A stretch of 64,000 bases of DNA, taken from Geopsychrobacteraceae bacterium (GTDB lineage Bacteria > Desulfobacterota > Desulfuromonadia > Desulfuromonadales > Geopsychrobacteraceae). Below, one piece after another: positions 9,972 to 20,396 of the stretch. The stretch's first letter is position 1. Each line of letters opens with the position of its first letter. Location: positions 64,001 through 128,000 of the forward strand of contig CAXXTB010000002.1 of the NCBI GenBank assembly GCA_963676795.2, read 5' to 3'. A program made the position numbers and the translations under genes. Below the pieces are notes generated by a model. It saw only the letters and a program-made list of their open reading frames with translations. It was not told where the DNA came from and searched no databases.

Positions 9972-11030
9972 CTATTTCTTCTCCGTAAGCAGATTCAGGA
10001 GCGAAGCGGCGATGTTGGACAACGGCACCAGCTTGCTAGCCCCCCCCTTTTCGTACGCAACCTTGGGCATGCCGAAGACGACAGATGAGGCTTCGTCCTG
10101 GGCGATGCACTTGGCTCCTGCTTCTTTCATGGCCAGCATGCCGTCCGAGCCGTCAGCGCCCATGCCGGTGAGCATGGCGCCAACCGCATTGCTGCCGACA
10201 TGCTTGGCGACAGAATGCATCATGACGTCGACCGAAGGACAGTGGCCGCTGAACTTGTCTGTTCCGCCGAGGCGCACGACATAAAATCCGCCGGAGCGGA
10301 CGACTTCCAGTTGGCGGCCGCCCGGAGCAATCAGGACCAGACCGGTACGGATCCGGTCGCCATCCTCAGCTTCCTTGACCTGCATCGGGCAGAGCTGGTT
10401 GAGGCGTTCGGCGAACATCTTGGTAAATCCGCTTGGCATGTGCTGAACGATGATCGTTCCCGCCGTCGACGCCGGAAATTTTTCGATAACCTGGCGGATC
10501 GCCTCGGTTCCTCCTGTCGATGCACCGATGGCGATGACCTTGTCGGTTGATTCGGCCAGGGCGCTGGGGGGCACTGCGCTACGAGCTGCTGTCGGCGCAA
10601 CGACCTTGCCTTTCCAGTGAGAAACATTGGCCGTTGAGGCGATTTTGACCTTGGTCCTCAGCTCGGTCAGCATGGCGTTGAGGCCTGCCGTTACGTTGGA
10701 GGTCGGTTTGGCTACAAAATCCACGGCGCCGGCTTCGAGGGCCTCCATGGTGATCTGCTTGCCCCGCTGGGTCAGGGAGCTGACCATGACCACGGGGATC
10801 GGGTACTGCGGCATCAGGCGGCGCAAAAAGGCAACTCCATCCATGCGCGGCATTTCAACATCGAGGGTCAGGACGTCCGGCTGCAATTCAACAATCTTAT
10901 CCCTGGCGCTGTAAGGATCGGCTGCCGTGCCGACAACCTCCAGGGCCGGGTCCGCTGAAAGACCCTGCTTGAGAATGTTTCTCACCAGAGCGGAGTCGTC
11001 AACGATGAGGACACGGATTCTTTTTGTCAT
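9972..11030 (-). CDS. cheB: Chemotaxis methylesterase CheB (REC + esterase)
   Basis: LDVEMP, IGASTGG, VQHM, LTGMGADG. Confidence 0.95.
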   Translation of the reverse strand: MTKRIRVLIVDDSALVRNILKQGLSADPALEVVGTAADPYSARDKIVELQPDVLTLDVEMPRMDGVAFLRRLMPQYPIPVVMVSSLTQRGKQITMEALEAGAVDFVAKPTSNVTAGLNAMLTELRTKVKIASTANVSHWKGKVVAPTAARSAVPPSALAESTDKVIAIGASTGGTEAIRQVIEKFPASTAGTIIVQHMPSGFTKMFAERLNQLCPMQVKEAEDGDRIRTGLVLIAPGGRQLEVVRSGGFYVVRLGGTDKFSGHCPSVDVMMHSVAKHVGSNAVGAMLTGMGADGSDGMLAMKEAGAKCIAQDEASSVVFGMPKVAYEKGGASKLVPLSNIAASLLNLLTEKK

Positions 11031-11893
11031 ATGGTCCCCCCTTTCTGGTAAAGAGCCGGCTTGAGATACTTGTAGAGGGTCTGGTTGCGTCCAAGAGTCT
11101 CAGAGTGACCGATGAACAGGTAGCCACCCGACTCTGTAAATTTGTGATATCTGGAGACCAGGGCATCACGGGTTGGCTGATCAAAATAAATCATCACATT
11201 ACGACAGAAAATCATCTGAAAAGGTTTCTTGAACGGAAAGGTCGTGTTCATCAGGTTGAAGCGCCGGAAGGTCGCCTCCCTTTTCAGTTTGTCATTGACC
11301 ATCATTTCGTCAGGACCTGATTTGACGAAATACTTTTTCCACAGGCCGTCCGGCAATTGCTGCACGCGGTCGACACTGTAGGCACCTCGCCGGGCGATGG
11401 TCAGGGCCCGGTCCGAGATGTCTGTGGCCAGGATTCCAGCGTCCCATGAGCTGTATTCCGTGCCGAGATGTTCCATCATCAGCATCAGCAGGGTGTAGGG
11501 TTCTTCACCGGTCGAGCAGCCGGCACACCAGATGCGCAGGTCCTTGCGGTTCTGCTGCTTGAGACTGGTGATCACCGCAGGAAGCGCAACCTGGGAAAAG
11601 TATTCGAAGTGTTCCTTCTCCCGATTGAAGTAGGTATGGTTGGTCGAAATCAGGTCGACCAGCTCTCCCAGCGCGCCTTCCGTTTTGTCGGTCTTCAGGT
11701 ACTCGTAGTAGTCGGTGAAGGTCGCCAGGTTCCTGTTGCGCATCAGCTTCTGTAAACGACCGACCAGCAGCGAACGCTTCTGCTCGGTCAGGTTGATACC
11801 GAAACGCTGGTGGATCAGATCGCGCAACTGAGCGAATTCCGTTGCGGTAATCTCCATCAAAGAGCCAGTGGTGGGCTGATCGTCGTATGTCAT
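11027..11893 (-). CDS. cheR: Chemotaxis methyltransferase CheR
   Basis: IWCAGCSTGEEPY, ATDIS, IFCRNVMIYFD, GHSE. Confidence 0.95.
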   Translation of the reverse strand: MTYDDQPTTGSLMEITATEFAQLRDLIHQRFGINLTEQKRSLLVGRLQKLMRNRNLATFTDYYEYLKTDKTEGALGELVDLISTNHTYFNREKEHFEYFSQVALPAVITSLKQQNRKDLRIWCAGCSTGEEPYTLLMLMMEHLGTEYSSWDAGILATDISDRALTIARRGAYSVDRVQQLPDGLWKKYFVKSGPDEMMVNDKLKREATFRRFNLMNTTFPFKKPFQMIFCRNVMIYFDQPTRDALVSRYHKFTESGGYLFIGHSETLGRNQTLYKYLKPALYQKGGTI

Positions 11894-11906
11894 CGGTCCC
11901 TGTCAA

Positions 11907-12407
11907 TCAGTCTTCGAGAGTCGCAGCGAGTTCCTGCATCTCTCCACTGAAAAGAAGTTTGTGAACGTCGAGCAGGATTTTGACCGAATTGTTGATCTTG
12001 CCCATCCCCTGGATATAGCTGTCTTCGGCGTTGCGGCTGGTTCTTGGCGCCGGTTCGACATTGGCTTCGGGAATATCGGCAACCTCGCTGACCTCATCGA
12101 CGACCAGACCGACCTCCGTCCCTTCGACATTGACAACGATGATACAGGTGCGGTCGTCATATTCGCGGTCTGACAGGCCGAAGCGGGCTCTGACGTCCAT
12201 GACCGGGATGACCTTGCCGCGCAGGTTGATGACACCGCGGATGAACGCCGGCATGTCGGGAACATCGGTGATGTTCTGAATGCCGATAATTTCTATGACA
12301 TAGCGAATTTCAATACCGTAATCCTCACCGGCCAGATGGAAGGTGAGATATTTGTCGCGCTGGGTATCCTCGTTGTCGATGTGGGTCAATGTTGTTTCTT
12401 CAGCCAT
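11907..12407 (-). CDS. cheW: Chemotaxis coupling protein CheW
   Basis: YLTFHL, GVINLRGKVIPV, GLVVDEV; ATG 12407 with AAGGAGG RBS. Confidence 0.92.
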   Translation of the reverse strand: MAEETTLTHIDNEDTQRDKYLTFHLAGEDYGIEIRYVIEIIGIQNITDVPDMPAFIRGVINLRGKVIPVMDVRARFGLSDREYDDRTCIIVVNVEGTEVGLVVDEVSEVADIPEANVEPAPRTSRNAEDSYIQGMGKINNSVKILLDVHKLLFSGEMQELAATLED

Positions 12408-12423
12408 GGTGTCCTCCTTTGCT

Positions 12424-14718
12424 TTATGCGTCTTCAGATTCCGAGTCAAAATTCTTGCGGTCAGCCGATTCGACCAGTGTACCGACATCGAGGATCAGGC
12501 TGACGCCGCCATCGCCAAGGATGGTACAGCCTGAGACGCCCTGGACGTTGCCGATGAAGTCGGAAAGGCCCTTGATGACGGTCTGCTGCTGACCTAGGAT
12601 CTCGTCGATGAAGAGACAGAAGCGGTTGTCCTGGTACTCGAGCACGATGAGGATGCCGTCCGACAGGGTTCTTGAGTCGGGCTCCTTACCGAGAATGTCA
12701 TGGAGTCTGACTATCGGGAAGAAGTTCTCACGGACTTTCGCCAGTTCCGCGCCATCTGGTGTGATGGTGATTTGCGACATCTCCGGACGGTAGGCTTCGA
12801 GGATCGACAGGGTCGGCACGATGCAGGTGGTTTCGCCAACGCGGACAATCATGCCGTCGATAATCGCCAGGGTCAGCGGAATTCGCAGGTTGATCCTGGT
12901 GCCCTGGCCGGGAACGCTGGTGACGTCGATCTTGCCCTTGATCTTTTCCAGGTTCTTTTTGACGACGTCCATACCGACGCCGCGCCCGGAAATGTCGGTG
13001 ATCTGGGCTGCGGTGGAGAACCCCGGGGCAAAGATCAGGTTGTTGATCTGCTTTTCCGTCATGTCGGAGCCGTCACCTTCGATCAAACCTTTGCTGATCG
13101 CTTTTTCCAGGATTCGCTGCTTGTTCAGGCCGCGGCCGTCATCCTCGATGGTGACCCAGACCTCCCCCTCTTCGTGACGGGCGGAGAGTTTGACCGTACC
13201 TTTTTCGTTCTTGCCGGAAGCAACGCGTTCCGCCGGTGGCTCCAGGCCGTGGTCGAGAGAGTTGCGCAGCAGGTGGACGAGCGGGTCGGTGATGGTTTCG
13301 ATAACCGTCTTGTCGATCTCGGTCTCCTCGCCGATCAGCTGCAGGTCGACCTTTTTGCCGGCCTTGACCGAAATATCGTGAACCAGGCGGATCATGCGCC
13401 GGAACAGGCCGGAAACCGGAATCATGCGGATGGTCATGGCCATTTCCTGCAGCTCACGCACCAGTTTGGACATGTGCTGGCCGGCTTTATTGAAGTTCTC
13501 CAACTGCAGGCCGCGCAGGTCGGGGTTGTGGATCAGCATGTTTTCGGCGATGACCAGCTCGCCGATCAGGTTGATCAGGTTATCCAGTTTCCCCAGCTCG
13601 ACTCGGATATCCTGGCGTTTTGCCGGTTCCTTGCTGCGTGCAGCGGGCTTGATATTGGCTTTGGCCTCGGTGAGCTTATCCTGCTGTTTTTTCAGCGCGC
13701 TGTCGATCTGCTGCTGCGATGCCTTACCCTTGTCGATGAGGATTTCCCCGACGTGCTTTTTCTGGGTCTTAACCGCATCGTCGATGGCATCGACTTCAAC
13801 CCCTTCTTCAACCAGGAAGTCGCCGAGCAGTGGAGCAAGCAGTTGGTTCAGCTCGGCCAGATGGGTCTCAATGGCGTCGATCTTGTCGCCTTTTCCCTCG
13901 GAAATGTTGTTGACCGTCTGCTGGAGAACATCGAGAGCGTTCAGCAGCAGGTCAGCAGGGTTGTCGTGAGCGAGTCGTGAGCCCGACTTGGCCCGGTCGA
14001 GGATGTTTTCCATCTGGTGGCTGAGCTTTTCCAGGTCGGCGAAACCGAAGAAGCCGCAGTTTCCTTTGAAGCTGTGGATATGACGAAAGATTTCTCCCAG
14101 GGAGTCACGGTCATCCGGAGTGTCGCCCCAGGCCAGCAGCCCCTGTTCCGTCTGCTGGAGCAGTTCGTTCCCTTCCTGAACAAAGCTGGCCCGCATCTCA
14201 TCGGTAATTTCCATGACCAGGTTGTCCGGGATGTCTGCCGGGACTCTGTCCGGTGTCTGCGCTGCAGCTTCTATGCTGGGCTCTTCAGCGGGAGCTTCCT
14301 CACCGCCACCCTTGGCAACTTCTATCGCGTGATGAAGTTGGCCGGAGATTTCATCGGCGCCCAAGGCCATGGCGTCATCGTTGTAGTTACTCTCGATCAT
14401 GTCGAGAGCTTCCTTGGCGAAGTCGCAGGAAGAGCAGAGCAGGTTGACATGATCCGGAACCAGGGTGATTTCTCCATTGCGAATCAGATCGAGCAGGTTC
14501 TCTGCTGCGTGAGCAACCCTGGTCAGATGATCGAATTCTAGAAATCCGGCGCTCCCTTTCATGGAATGGAAGAGACGGAAGATGGAGTTGATTGTTTCCG
14601 GGTCGCTGTTCTGTCCCAGCTCAATGATGGCAGGTTCCAGCTGCTCAATCATGTCACGGCTTTCCGTGACAAACTCCTGAATAATTTCAATCTGGTCGTC
14701 ATCGATGTGCATACTCAT
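12424..14718 (-). CDS. cheA: Chemotaxis histidine kinase CheA with two Hpt domains
   Basis: FHSMKGSAGF and IHSFKGNCGF Hpt motifs; HLLRNSLDHG, DDGRG, SGRGVGMD; C-terminal CheW domain. Confidence 0.95.
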   Translation of the reverse strand: MSMHIDDDQIEIIQEFVTESRDMIEQLEPAIIELGQNSDPETINSIFRLFHSMKGSAGFLEFDHLTRVAHAAENLLDLIRNGEITLVPDHVNLLCSSCDFAKEALDMIESNYNDDAMALGADEISGQLHHAIEVAKGGGEEAPAEEPSIEAAAQTPDRVPADIPDNLVMEITDEMRASFVQEGNELLQQTEQGLLAWGDTPDDRDSLGEIFRHIHSFKGNCGFFGFADLEKLSHQMENILDRAKSGSRLAHDNPADLLLNALDVLQQTVNNISEGKGDKIDAIETHLAELNQLLAPLLGDFLVEEGVEVDAIDDAVKTQKKHVGEILIDKGKASQQQIDSALKKQQDKLTEAKANIKPAARSKEPAKRQDIRVELGKLDNLINLIGELVIAENMLIHNPDLRGLQLENFNKAGQHMSKLVRELQEMAMTIRMIPVSGLFRRMIRLVHDISVKAGKKVDLQLIGEETEIDKTVIETITDPLVHLLRNSLDHGLEPPAERVASGKNEKGTVKLSARHEEGEVWVTIEDDGRGLNKQRILEKAISKGLIEGDGSDMTEKQINNLIFAPGFSTAAQITDISGRGVGMDVVKKNLEKIKGKIDVTSVPGQGTRINLRIPLTLAIIDGMIVRVGETTCIVPTLSILEAYRPEMSQITITPDGAELAKVRENFFPIVRLHDILGKEPDSRTLSDGILIVLEYQDNRFCLFIDEILGQQQTVIKGLSDFIGNVQGVSGCTILGDGGVSLILDVGTLVESADRKNFDSESEDA

Positions 14719-14916
14719 CGCCGGTCCTCGGTTCTGTCATGAAATGAGTTTGATAAAAATCATAGCAAATGAAACGGAATTATATAAAAAAATTAAAAAT
14801 AATTAAAGAGATAATAGTAATTTTTTTTCCTTCTGGCCCGTTGGCTGTCCGTCCTGCATATTAGTCACGATTTTACAATGGGTTAGGTTGATCGTTAGCT
14901 GTCATCTTTTCAGTTT

Positions 14917-14924
14917 TTATCGGC
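14917..14924 (-). promoter_or_regulatory. Possible sigma-28 (FliA) -10 element upstream of cheA
   Basis: GCCGATAA on the minus strand about 200 bp upstream of cheA; -35 match is poor. Confidence 0.35.
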
Positions 14925-14962
14925 GCTTTCTTCAGGTCATAAGTCCGCTGGCGGAGTTAAGC

Positions 14963-16657
14963 TCATCCCCGATCGCGAATCTGAAACATGTTGATCAGGT
15001 TTTTTAACTGAGCGCTCTGTTCGGCGAGTTTCTGGCTGACGGCAGCGCTTTCTTCCGCGTTTGCAGTTGTCTGCTGAATGATCTGATCGATCTGTTGCAT
15101 GCCGATATTGATCTGGCCAATGCTGTTGGCCTGCTCCTGACTTGAATCGGCAATGTTGCGGATCAGGTCATTGACCTGGCTGATCGAGGTAACAATTTCA
15201 TCGAGAGCCTGTGAGGTGCGTTCAGCAATCTGGGTGCCTTTACTGGTTTTGTCGACGGAACCGGCGATCAGTTCTGCTGTTTCCGCTGCCGCCTTCGCAC
15301 TGCGTGCTGCCAGGTTGCGGACTTCTTCGGCGACGACCGCAAATCCTTTGCCATGTTGTCCGGCGCGGGCGGCCTCAACAGCTGCATTGAGGGCCAGCAG
15401 GTTGGTCTGGAAAGCGATCTCGTCGATAACTTTGATAATTTTATTGATATTCTGGCCGGCCTGGTTGATCTCGCCCATGGCTTCAATCATCTCGGCCATG
15501 CGTTCGCTGCCGATCGTCGCTGTCTGGCTTGCCGTTTCGGCAAGTTGGGCGGCTTTCCTGGCATTCTCAGACGAGCTATCGGTCTGTTGGCCGATTTCAT
15601 TCATGGTGCTGCTGATCTGCTCTACTGAAGCGGCTGATGTTGCCGCTCCGTCAGAAAGTGAGATTGCATTTTCACTGACCTGGGCGCTGCCATTGGCGAT
15701 CTGGGTGACTGCATTCTGAATTTCGCCAATCATCGCACTCAGATCATGACCGAGGGTCTGAATGGAAATACGCAGGGAATCGTCCTGCCCGTGGGGGGAG
15801 ATGTCGATGGTGAGATCTTTGGCCGCGAGCCGTTGCAGAGGGAAGACAATGTCTTTCTGCAGGCTGTCGGCCAGCTTGTCGAGGGTGCCTGCCGTTTCGC
15901 CGATTATGTCGCGCTGTCTGAAGCCAAGACGCCGGGTCAGTCGGCCATGACTGATATCGTTCAGCAAGGCTCTGACGCCATTGAGGGGAGACATGATCAT
16001 TCTGCGCAGCATGACAAAGAGCACCAGCCAGGTGATCGCGAGGCTGATGACGGCAATGCTGATATTGCTGGTCAGACTGGAGGAGGTTGCTCTGCTGAGA
16101 ATGCTCGCGGAGTGCTGCACCTCTTTGTTGAGGACCTCCAGGCTGTAATTGACGTAGAGAATACCCGCCAGCTGCCCTTTGATGGCATCATCATGACAAT
16201 CGAGGCATTTTTCTTCAAACATGTTGCTTTGGGCAATGAGCAAGCTTTCGGTGGATTCCGTTTCCAGCTTGATCGGCTCTGTCTGGCTGGTGATCTTGAT
16301 CTGATCCTGTGGCTGGCCGATTTTTTGCGAATTGCTCGAGTAGCTGACCCTGCCTTGCGGATTGATCAGGCCGACTTCCTCTACCCCCGGTACTGCGCCA
16401 AGGCTGCTGAGAAGTTCGGCGAAGGTCTCCATCTCGCCCTGTTCGAGGGACGCCCTGGTCCCGATTGAGAGGCTGGCAAAGATGCTGCGGGCCTGGTTGT
16501 GTACAGCTTCCCGCAGGGTGGCTGTTCCTTCGGATGAGAGTTCCTGCATGAGAGCGCGGGAGCGAAGCGTCGTGATCGTGAAACCGACGCCAAGGACAAT
16601 GATCAGGAGAAGGCAAAGGGTTCCGCTGATTTTGCTTTGCAGGCTTCTGAAATTCAT
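14963..16657 (-). CDS. Methyl-accepting chemotaxis protein with periplasmic c-type heme motif
   Basis: Two TM helices, [29 protein letters not shown] signalling tip. Confidence 0.92.
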   Translation of the reverse strand: MNFRSLQSKISGTLCLLLIIVLGVGFTITTLRSRALMQELSSEGTATLREAVHNQARSIFASLSIGTRASLEQGEMETFAELLSSLGAVPGVEEVGLINPQGRVSYSSNSQKIGQPQDQIKITSQTEPIKLETESTESLLIAQSNMFEEKCLDCHDDAIKGQLAGILYVNYSLEVLNKEVQHSASILSRATSSSLTSNISIAVISLAITWLVLFVMLRRMIMSPLNGVRALLNDISHGRLTRRLGFRQRDIIGETAGTLDKLADSLQKDIVFPLQRLAAKDLTIDISPHGQDDSLRISIQTLGHDLSAMIGEIQNAVTQIANGSAQVSENAISLSDGAATSAASVEQISSTMNEIGQQTDSSSENARKAAQLAETASQTATIGSERMAEMIEAMGEINQAGQNINKIIKVIDEIAFQTNLLALNAAVEAARAGQHGKGFAVVAEEVRNLAARSAKAAAETAELIAGSVDKTSKGTQIAERTSQALDEIVTSISQVNDLIRNIADSSQEQANSIGQINIGMQQIDQIIQQTTANAEESAAVSQKLAEQSAQLKNLINMFQIRDRG

Positions 16658-16730
16658 AGTCCCTCACTAAAGTTATGAGTGAATGCTTTCCGCGGGGATC
16701 CACTCAGAGAGATAGTTTATCTCAATAACT

Positions 16731-17975
16731 TTAGCAGGGTTTTTCGGAATTTGTATTGCCGCGCGGTTTACGCCTTGGGCGGCGGCGTTTTTTGCGTTTT
16801 GCCGGTTGGTCGTTGGCGATCAGCTCGTCCCAGGCCTGTTCCTGTTCCTGGAGCTCCGGGCGGACCATGGCCCAGAGCCTGAACAGGGCAAAGGTCTTGG
16901 CCGTGAAGGGGTGATTCAGAAAACGTCGTTCCCCCCGGTAGCCGCGTCCGCGGGCCAGGCGGAAACAGCCGATCAGCAGTTCACGGGCCTCATGGCGGAT
17001 GCCGCTGGCAATGCTGAAATAGCGGCAATGAGGGATGATGATCTCGTTGGCGATATGCAGTGCATCGGCGATATGGGTTTCTGCCGTTGGCGGGCAGCGA
17101 TCCATGAACAGGCGCAGATAGAGTGCCGCAATGGCAAAACTCTCTTCAACTGTAGCACCGCGGGCCGTGCGGTTGTCCACCTCCTTGAGCAGGGCGATGC
17201 TTTCATCGTGGCCGGGGTAGCCTGCCAGCAGATGCGGCAGCATGCCGAGCTCACGGCACTGCTTTAAGACCGGGCCGGCGATCTTGTGGCGGAACAGCTC
17301 CATGATCTCTTCACGAATCCGGGCCGGAGCCGCTGTCTCGAGCAGTTGCTTGTGTTTTTCGACAGCTGCGAAAATCGACTCTTCCATGGTGAAGTCAAGC
17401 CGCGCCGAAAATTCGATCGCCCTGAGCATGCGCACCGGATCCTCGACGAAACGGACCATGGGGTCGCCGATGACGCGCAGACGTTTTTCTTCGAGATCTT
17501 TCAGGCCGCCGACATAGTCGATAATCGAGAAGTCGTCGATATTGTAGAACAGGGCATTGATGGTAAAGTCGCGGCGATAGGCATCTTCACAGGGGGTGCC
17601 GAAAACATTCTGGACAAAATGAAAGTGCTCGTCGGGATCGTCCGGCAGTTCTTCTTCGCGCGGGTGGCGGCGGAAGGTTGCCACTTCGATGATCTTGTTT
17701 CCGGCAAAACGGATGTGGGCCAGGCGGAAGCGGCGACCGATGAGAAAGCCGTTACGGAACAGGTTGCGAACCTGTTCAGGGGTGGCATCTGTGCCGATGT
17801 CGAAGTCCTTGGGACGCCGGCCGAGGAGTAGATCGCGGACACCGCCGCCGACCAGATAGGCCTTGTAGCCATGCCGGTTCAGGCGATAGAGGACCTTGAG
17901 GGTATCGTCGTCGATCTGCTTGCGTGAAATCGGGTGGCTATCACGCGCTATGATTGTTGGTTGAGCTTCGTCCAT
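16731..17975 (-). CDS. pcnB: Poly(A) polymerase I
   Basis: VGGGVRD, KDFD, GRRFRLAHIRF signature, RRDFTINAL, EDPVRMLRA, basic tail. Confidence 0.9.
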   Translation of the reverse strand: MDEAQPTIIARDSHPISRKQIDDDTLKVLYRLNRHGYKAYLVGGGVRDLLLGRRPKDFDIGTDATPEQVRNLFRNGFLIGRRFRLAHIRFAGNKIIEVATFRRHPREEELPDDPDEHFHFVQNVFGTPCEDAYRRDFTINALFYNIDDFSIIDYVGGLKDLEEKRLRVIGDPMVRFVEDPVRMLRAIEFSARLDFTMEESIFAAVEKHKQLLETAAPARIREEIMELFRHKIAGPVLKQCRELGMLPHLLAGYPGHDESIALLKEVDNRTARGATVEESFAIAALYLRLFMDRCPPTAETHIADALHIANEIIIPHCRYFSIASGIRHEARELLIGCFRLARGRGYRGERRFLNHPFTAKTFALFRLWAMVRPELQEQEQAWDELIANDQPAKRKKRRRPRRKPRGNTNSEKPC

Positions 17976-18110
17976 GGCTTTGGCTTTCTCTCGTAGTCAG
18001 CTGTAAAACAGCCGGACTATAGCAAATCAGCGCCGTTTGAAAAAGGATTTGCATAGGCAGCAGGAGCTTTTTTCGCTATTCTTTCCCCTTTGATTCTTTC
18101 GGGGAAGGTG

Positions 18111-19037
18111 ATGGCGGCGAAAACGGACAGGCTGAAACTGATGGCAATTCTTGGCGCGACGGCGGGAGGCAAGACCAGCCTTGCCGTTGCCGCGGCGCGC
18201 CTGTATGACGGTGAAATTATCTCCGCCGATTCCCGGCAGGTCTATCGCAGCATGGATCTGGGAACCGGCAAGGACCTGCACGAATACGGTGATGTGCCCT
18301 ACCATCTGATCGATATCATCGAAGCTGGCGGCGAATATAATCTCTACCGTTTCCAGCAGGACGCTTACGCTGCCGCGAAGGATATCCAGCAGCGCGGCCA
18401 TCTGCCGATCATCTGTGGCGGCACCGGGATGTATCTCGATGCCGTGCTGCGCGGTTATCGCCTGGTCGAAGTGCCTGAGGATCCCCTGCTGCGGGCTGAG
18501 CTGGCCGGACAGAGCGATGAGCAACTGCGCGAGCGCCTGCTCGGACTGAAGCCTCAGCAGCACAATCAGACCGACCTGCTCGACAGGGAGCGGTTGGTGC
18601 GGGCGCTTGAAATTGCGCTGGGTGAGCAGCGGTCCGACCGGGTGCTGCCTTCCCTTCCCGAACTTGATGCGCTGGTCTTTGGTCTGCGCTGGGAGCGTCC
18701 GCTGTTGCGCCAGCGGATCGCCCGGCGGCTGGACGAACGTCTGGAGGCCGGCATGATCGAGGAGGTCGCGCAGTTGCACAGATCCGGAGTGACCTGGGAG
18801 CAGCTCGAGTTCTACGGGCTCGAGTACCGGCTGATTGCCCGGCATCTGCAGGGGCAGCTCAGTCGCAACGAGATGGTTCAGAAGCTGTGCAGCGCGATCG
18901 GCAATTTTGTCAAACGCCAGGAGACCTTCTTTCGTAAGATGGAGAAACGCGGGGTGATCATTCATTGGCTCGAGGGGGCGGGTGACCCTCTGGCCGACTT
19001 GCGCCGGATCGCCGATCGCTGGCTGCACAATGGATGA
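18111..19037 (+). CDS. miaA: tRNA dimethylallyltransferase
   Basis: GATAGGKT, SADSRQVY, GTGK, GGTGMY, KRQETFF. Confidence 0.92.
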   Translation: MAAKTDRLKLMAILGATAGGKTSLAVAAARLYDGEIISADSRQVYRSMDLGTGKDLHEYGDVPYHLIDIIEAGGEYNLYRFQQDAYAAAKDIQQRGHLPIICGGTGMYLDAVLRGYRLVEVPEDPLLRAELAGQSDEQLRERLLGLKPQQHNQTDLLDRERLVRALEIALGEQRSDRVLPSLPELDALVFGLRWERPLLRQRIARRLDERLEAGMIEEVAQLHRSGVTWEQLEFYGLEYRLIARHLQGQLSRNEMVQKLCSAIGNFVKRQETFFRKMEKRGVIIHWLEGAGDPLADLRRIADRWLHNG

Positions 19038-20286
19038 GCGTGCCCTGAAGAAATACACTGCGAGCAGGGCGGTGCCGGGGAGGTGGTCACTTGAAGGGGA
19101 TTTTGACGGGTATTACACCTCTGTTGTTGTCATCCCGGCATTGGCTGAATTCGTATCGCTAAAAAATTGCCTTGAAAGCCTGACCCTCTCAAGGGCCTAT
19201 AGAGACGAACGTTTTCTGGTTGTCGTTGTTGTCAATAACCGGCGATCGGCAACCGCCTGTCAGCTTGAGGATAACCGCCGGACTCTCGACTGGCTGCGAC
19301 GTCGGAACCCTCCCGGTTTGGCGCTCGCCTGGGTCGATGCCAGCTCTGCCGGACGCGAGATTGGTGACGGCGAAGGGGTCGGGCTGGCGCGCAAGATCGG
19401 TTTTGACCTGGCTCTTTCCCTTCTCGACTGGAGGCGGGACCCGCTCTTTCTCTCTCTCGATGCCGATACCCTGGTCGATAGCCGTTACTTCACAGCGCTG
19501 CGCGGGCACTTTTGCCATTCCGGACAGGGCGCGGCAGTCATCCCCTTTCGTCACCAGCCTGGCGAAACACCGCAGCAGGAAGCGGCAATCCGCCATTATG
19601 AGTTATATCTGCGCAGTTATCTGTTCGGCCTCGCTCAGGCCGGCTCGCCCTACGCCTATCACGCACTCGGCAGTGCATTCGCCTGCCGGGCCGGGGACTA
19701 TGTCAGGGCCGGGGGGATGAACCGCCGCCAGGCCGGTGAGGATTTTTACTTTCTCCAGCAGCTGGCCAAAACGGTAGGGGTTGAGATGCTGGACGGTACT
19801 GTCGTAGCACCGTCCCCCCGCTTTTCCTCGCGGGTTCCCTTTGGCACGGGGCAGGCGACCCTGGCCCGGACTGAAAACAGGGCTCCCTATCGTTTTCTTT
19901 CGGCTGTAGGGTTTTCCTGTCTGAAGGCTCTGTTGCGGTGCGTCGCTGTCAACTGCAACTCATCGCGATTGCTGATGGATATCAACGCTGAGGATAAGGC
20001 TGTCGCCGCTTATCTGGTCGGGCTTGGGTTTGAATCTGCCTGGCAACGCATCTGTCAGAATCATCTGAGAACGGAGCAGCGAAGTCGTGCCTTCCATCAG
20101 TGGTTTGATGCACTGAAGACCCGCCAGTTTCTATCCCGGTTTGATCCGGAGCGCGCCGATGAGGTTGCGCTTGTCGCTGAACTGCTCAAGTGGGGTGGAT
20201 ATTCCGGCTATGACGAGTTTGACAGGCAACTAGGTCTGCTGGAAGAGATGCAGCATTGTGGAAGAGGGCGAGCTAGCTGGGACTGA
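19030..20286 (+). CDS. Glycosyltransferase family 2-like protein
   Basis: VVIPALAE, GVGLARKIG, LDAD (DxD), GEDFYF; overlaps the miaA 3' end. Confidence 0.7.
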   Translation: MDERALKKYTASRAVPGRWSLEGDFDGYYTSVVVIPALAEFVSLKNCLESLTLSRAYRDERFLVVVVVNNRRSATACQLEDNRRTLDWLRRRNPPGLALAWVDASSAGREIGDGEGVGLARKIGFDLALSLLDWRRDPLFLSLDADTLVDSRYFTALRGHFCHSGQGAAVIPFRHQPGETPQQEAAIRHYELYLRSYLFGLAQAGSPYAYHALGSAFACRAGDYVRAGGMNRRQAGEDFYFLQQLAKTVGVEMLDGTVVAPSPRFSSRVPFGTGQATLARTENRAPYRFLSAVGFSCLKALLRCVAVNCNSSRLLMDINAEDKAVAAYLVGLGFESAWQRICQNHLRTEQRSRAFHQWFDALKTRQFLSRFDPERADEVALVAELLKWGGYSGYDEFDRQLGLLEEMQHCGRGRASWD

Positions 20287-20342
20287 TGACTGAAACGCTG
20301 ACTATGGGGAGGCTCTTCAATATCGTTTCTCTCGGATAAAAG

Positions 20343-20371
20343 AAAAGGTCGCCAAATGTTGGCGACCTTTT
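20343..20371. terminator. Bidirectional intrinsic terminator
   Basis: AAAAGGTCGCCAA-ATG-TTGGCGACCTTTT between convergent genes. Confidence 0.8.
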
Positions 20372-20396
20372 GTGACTCAAGTCAACTGGCTCCGGA

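Noticed and set aside
14765..14781. Possible sigma-54 promoter upstream of cheA (TTTGCT on minus strand)
   Set aside because: It lacks the invariant GG at -24
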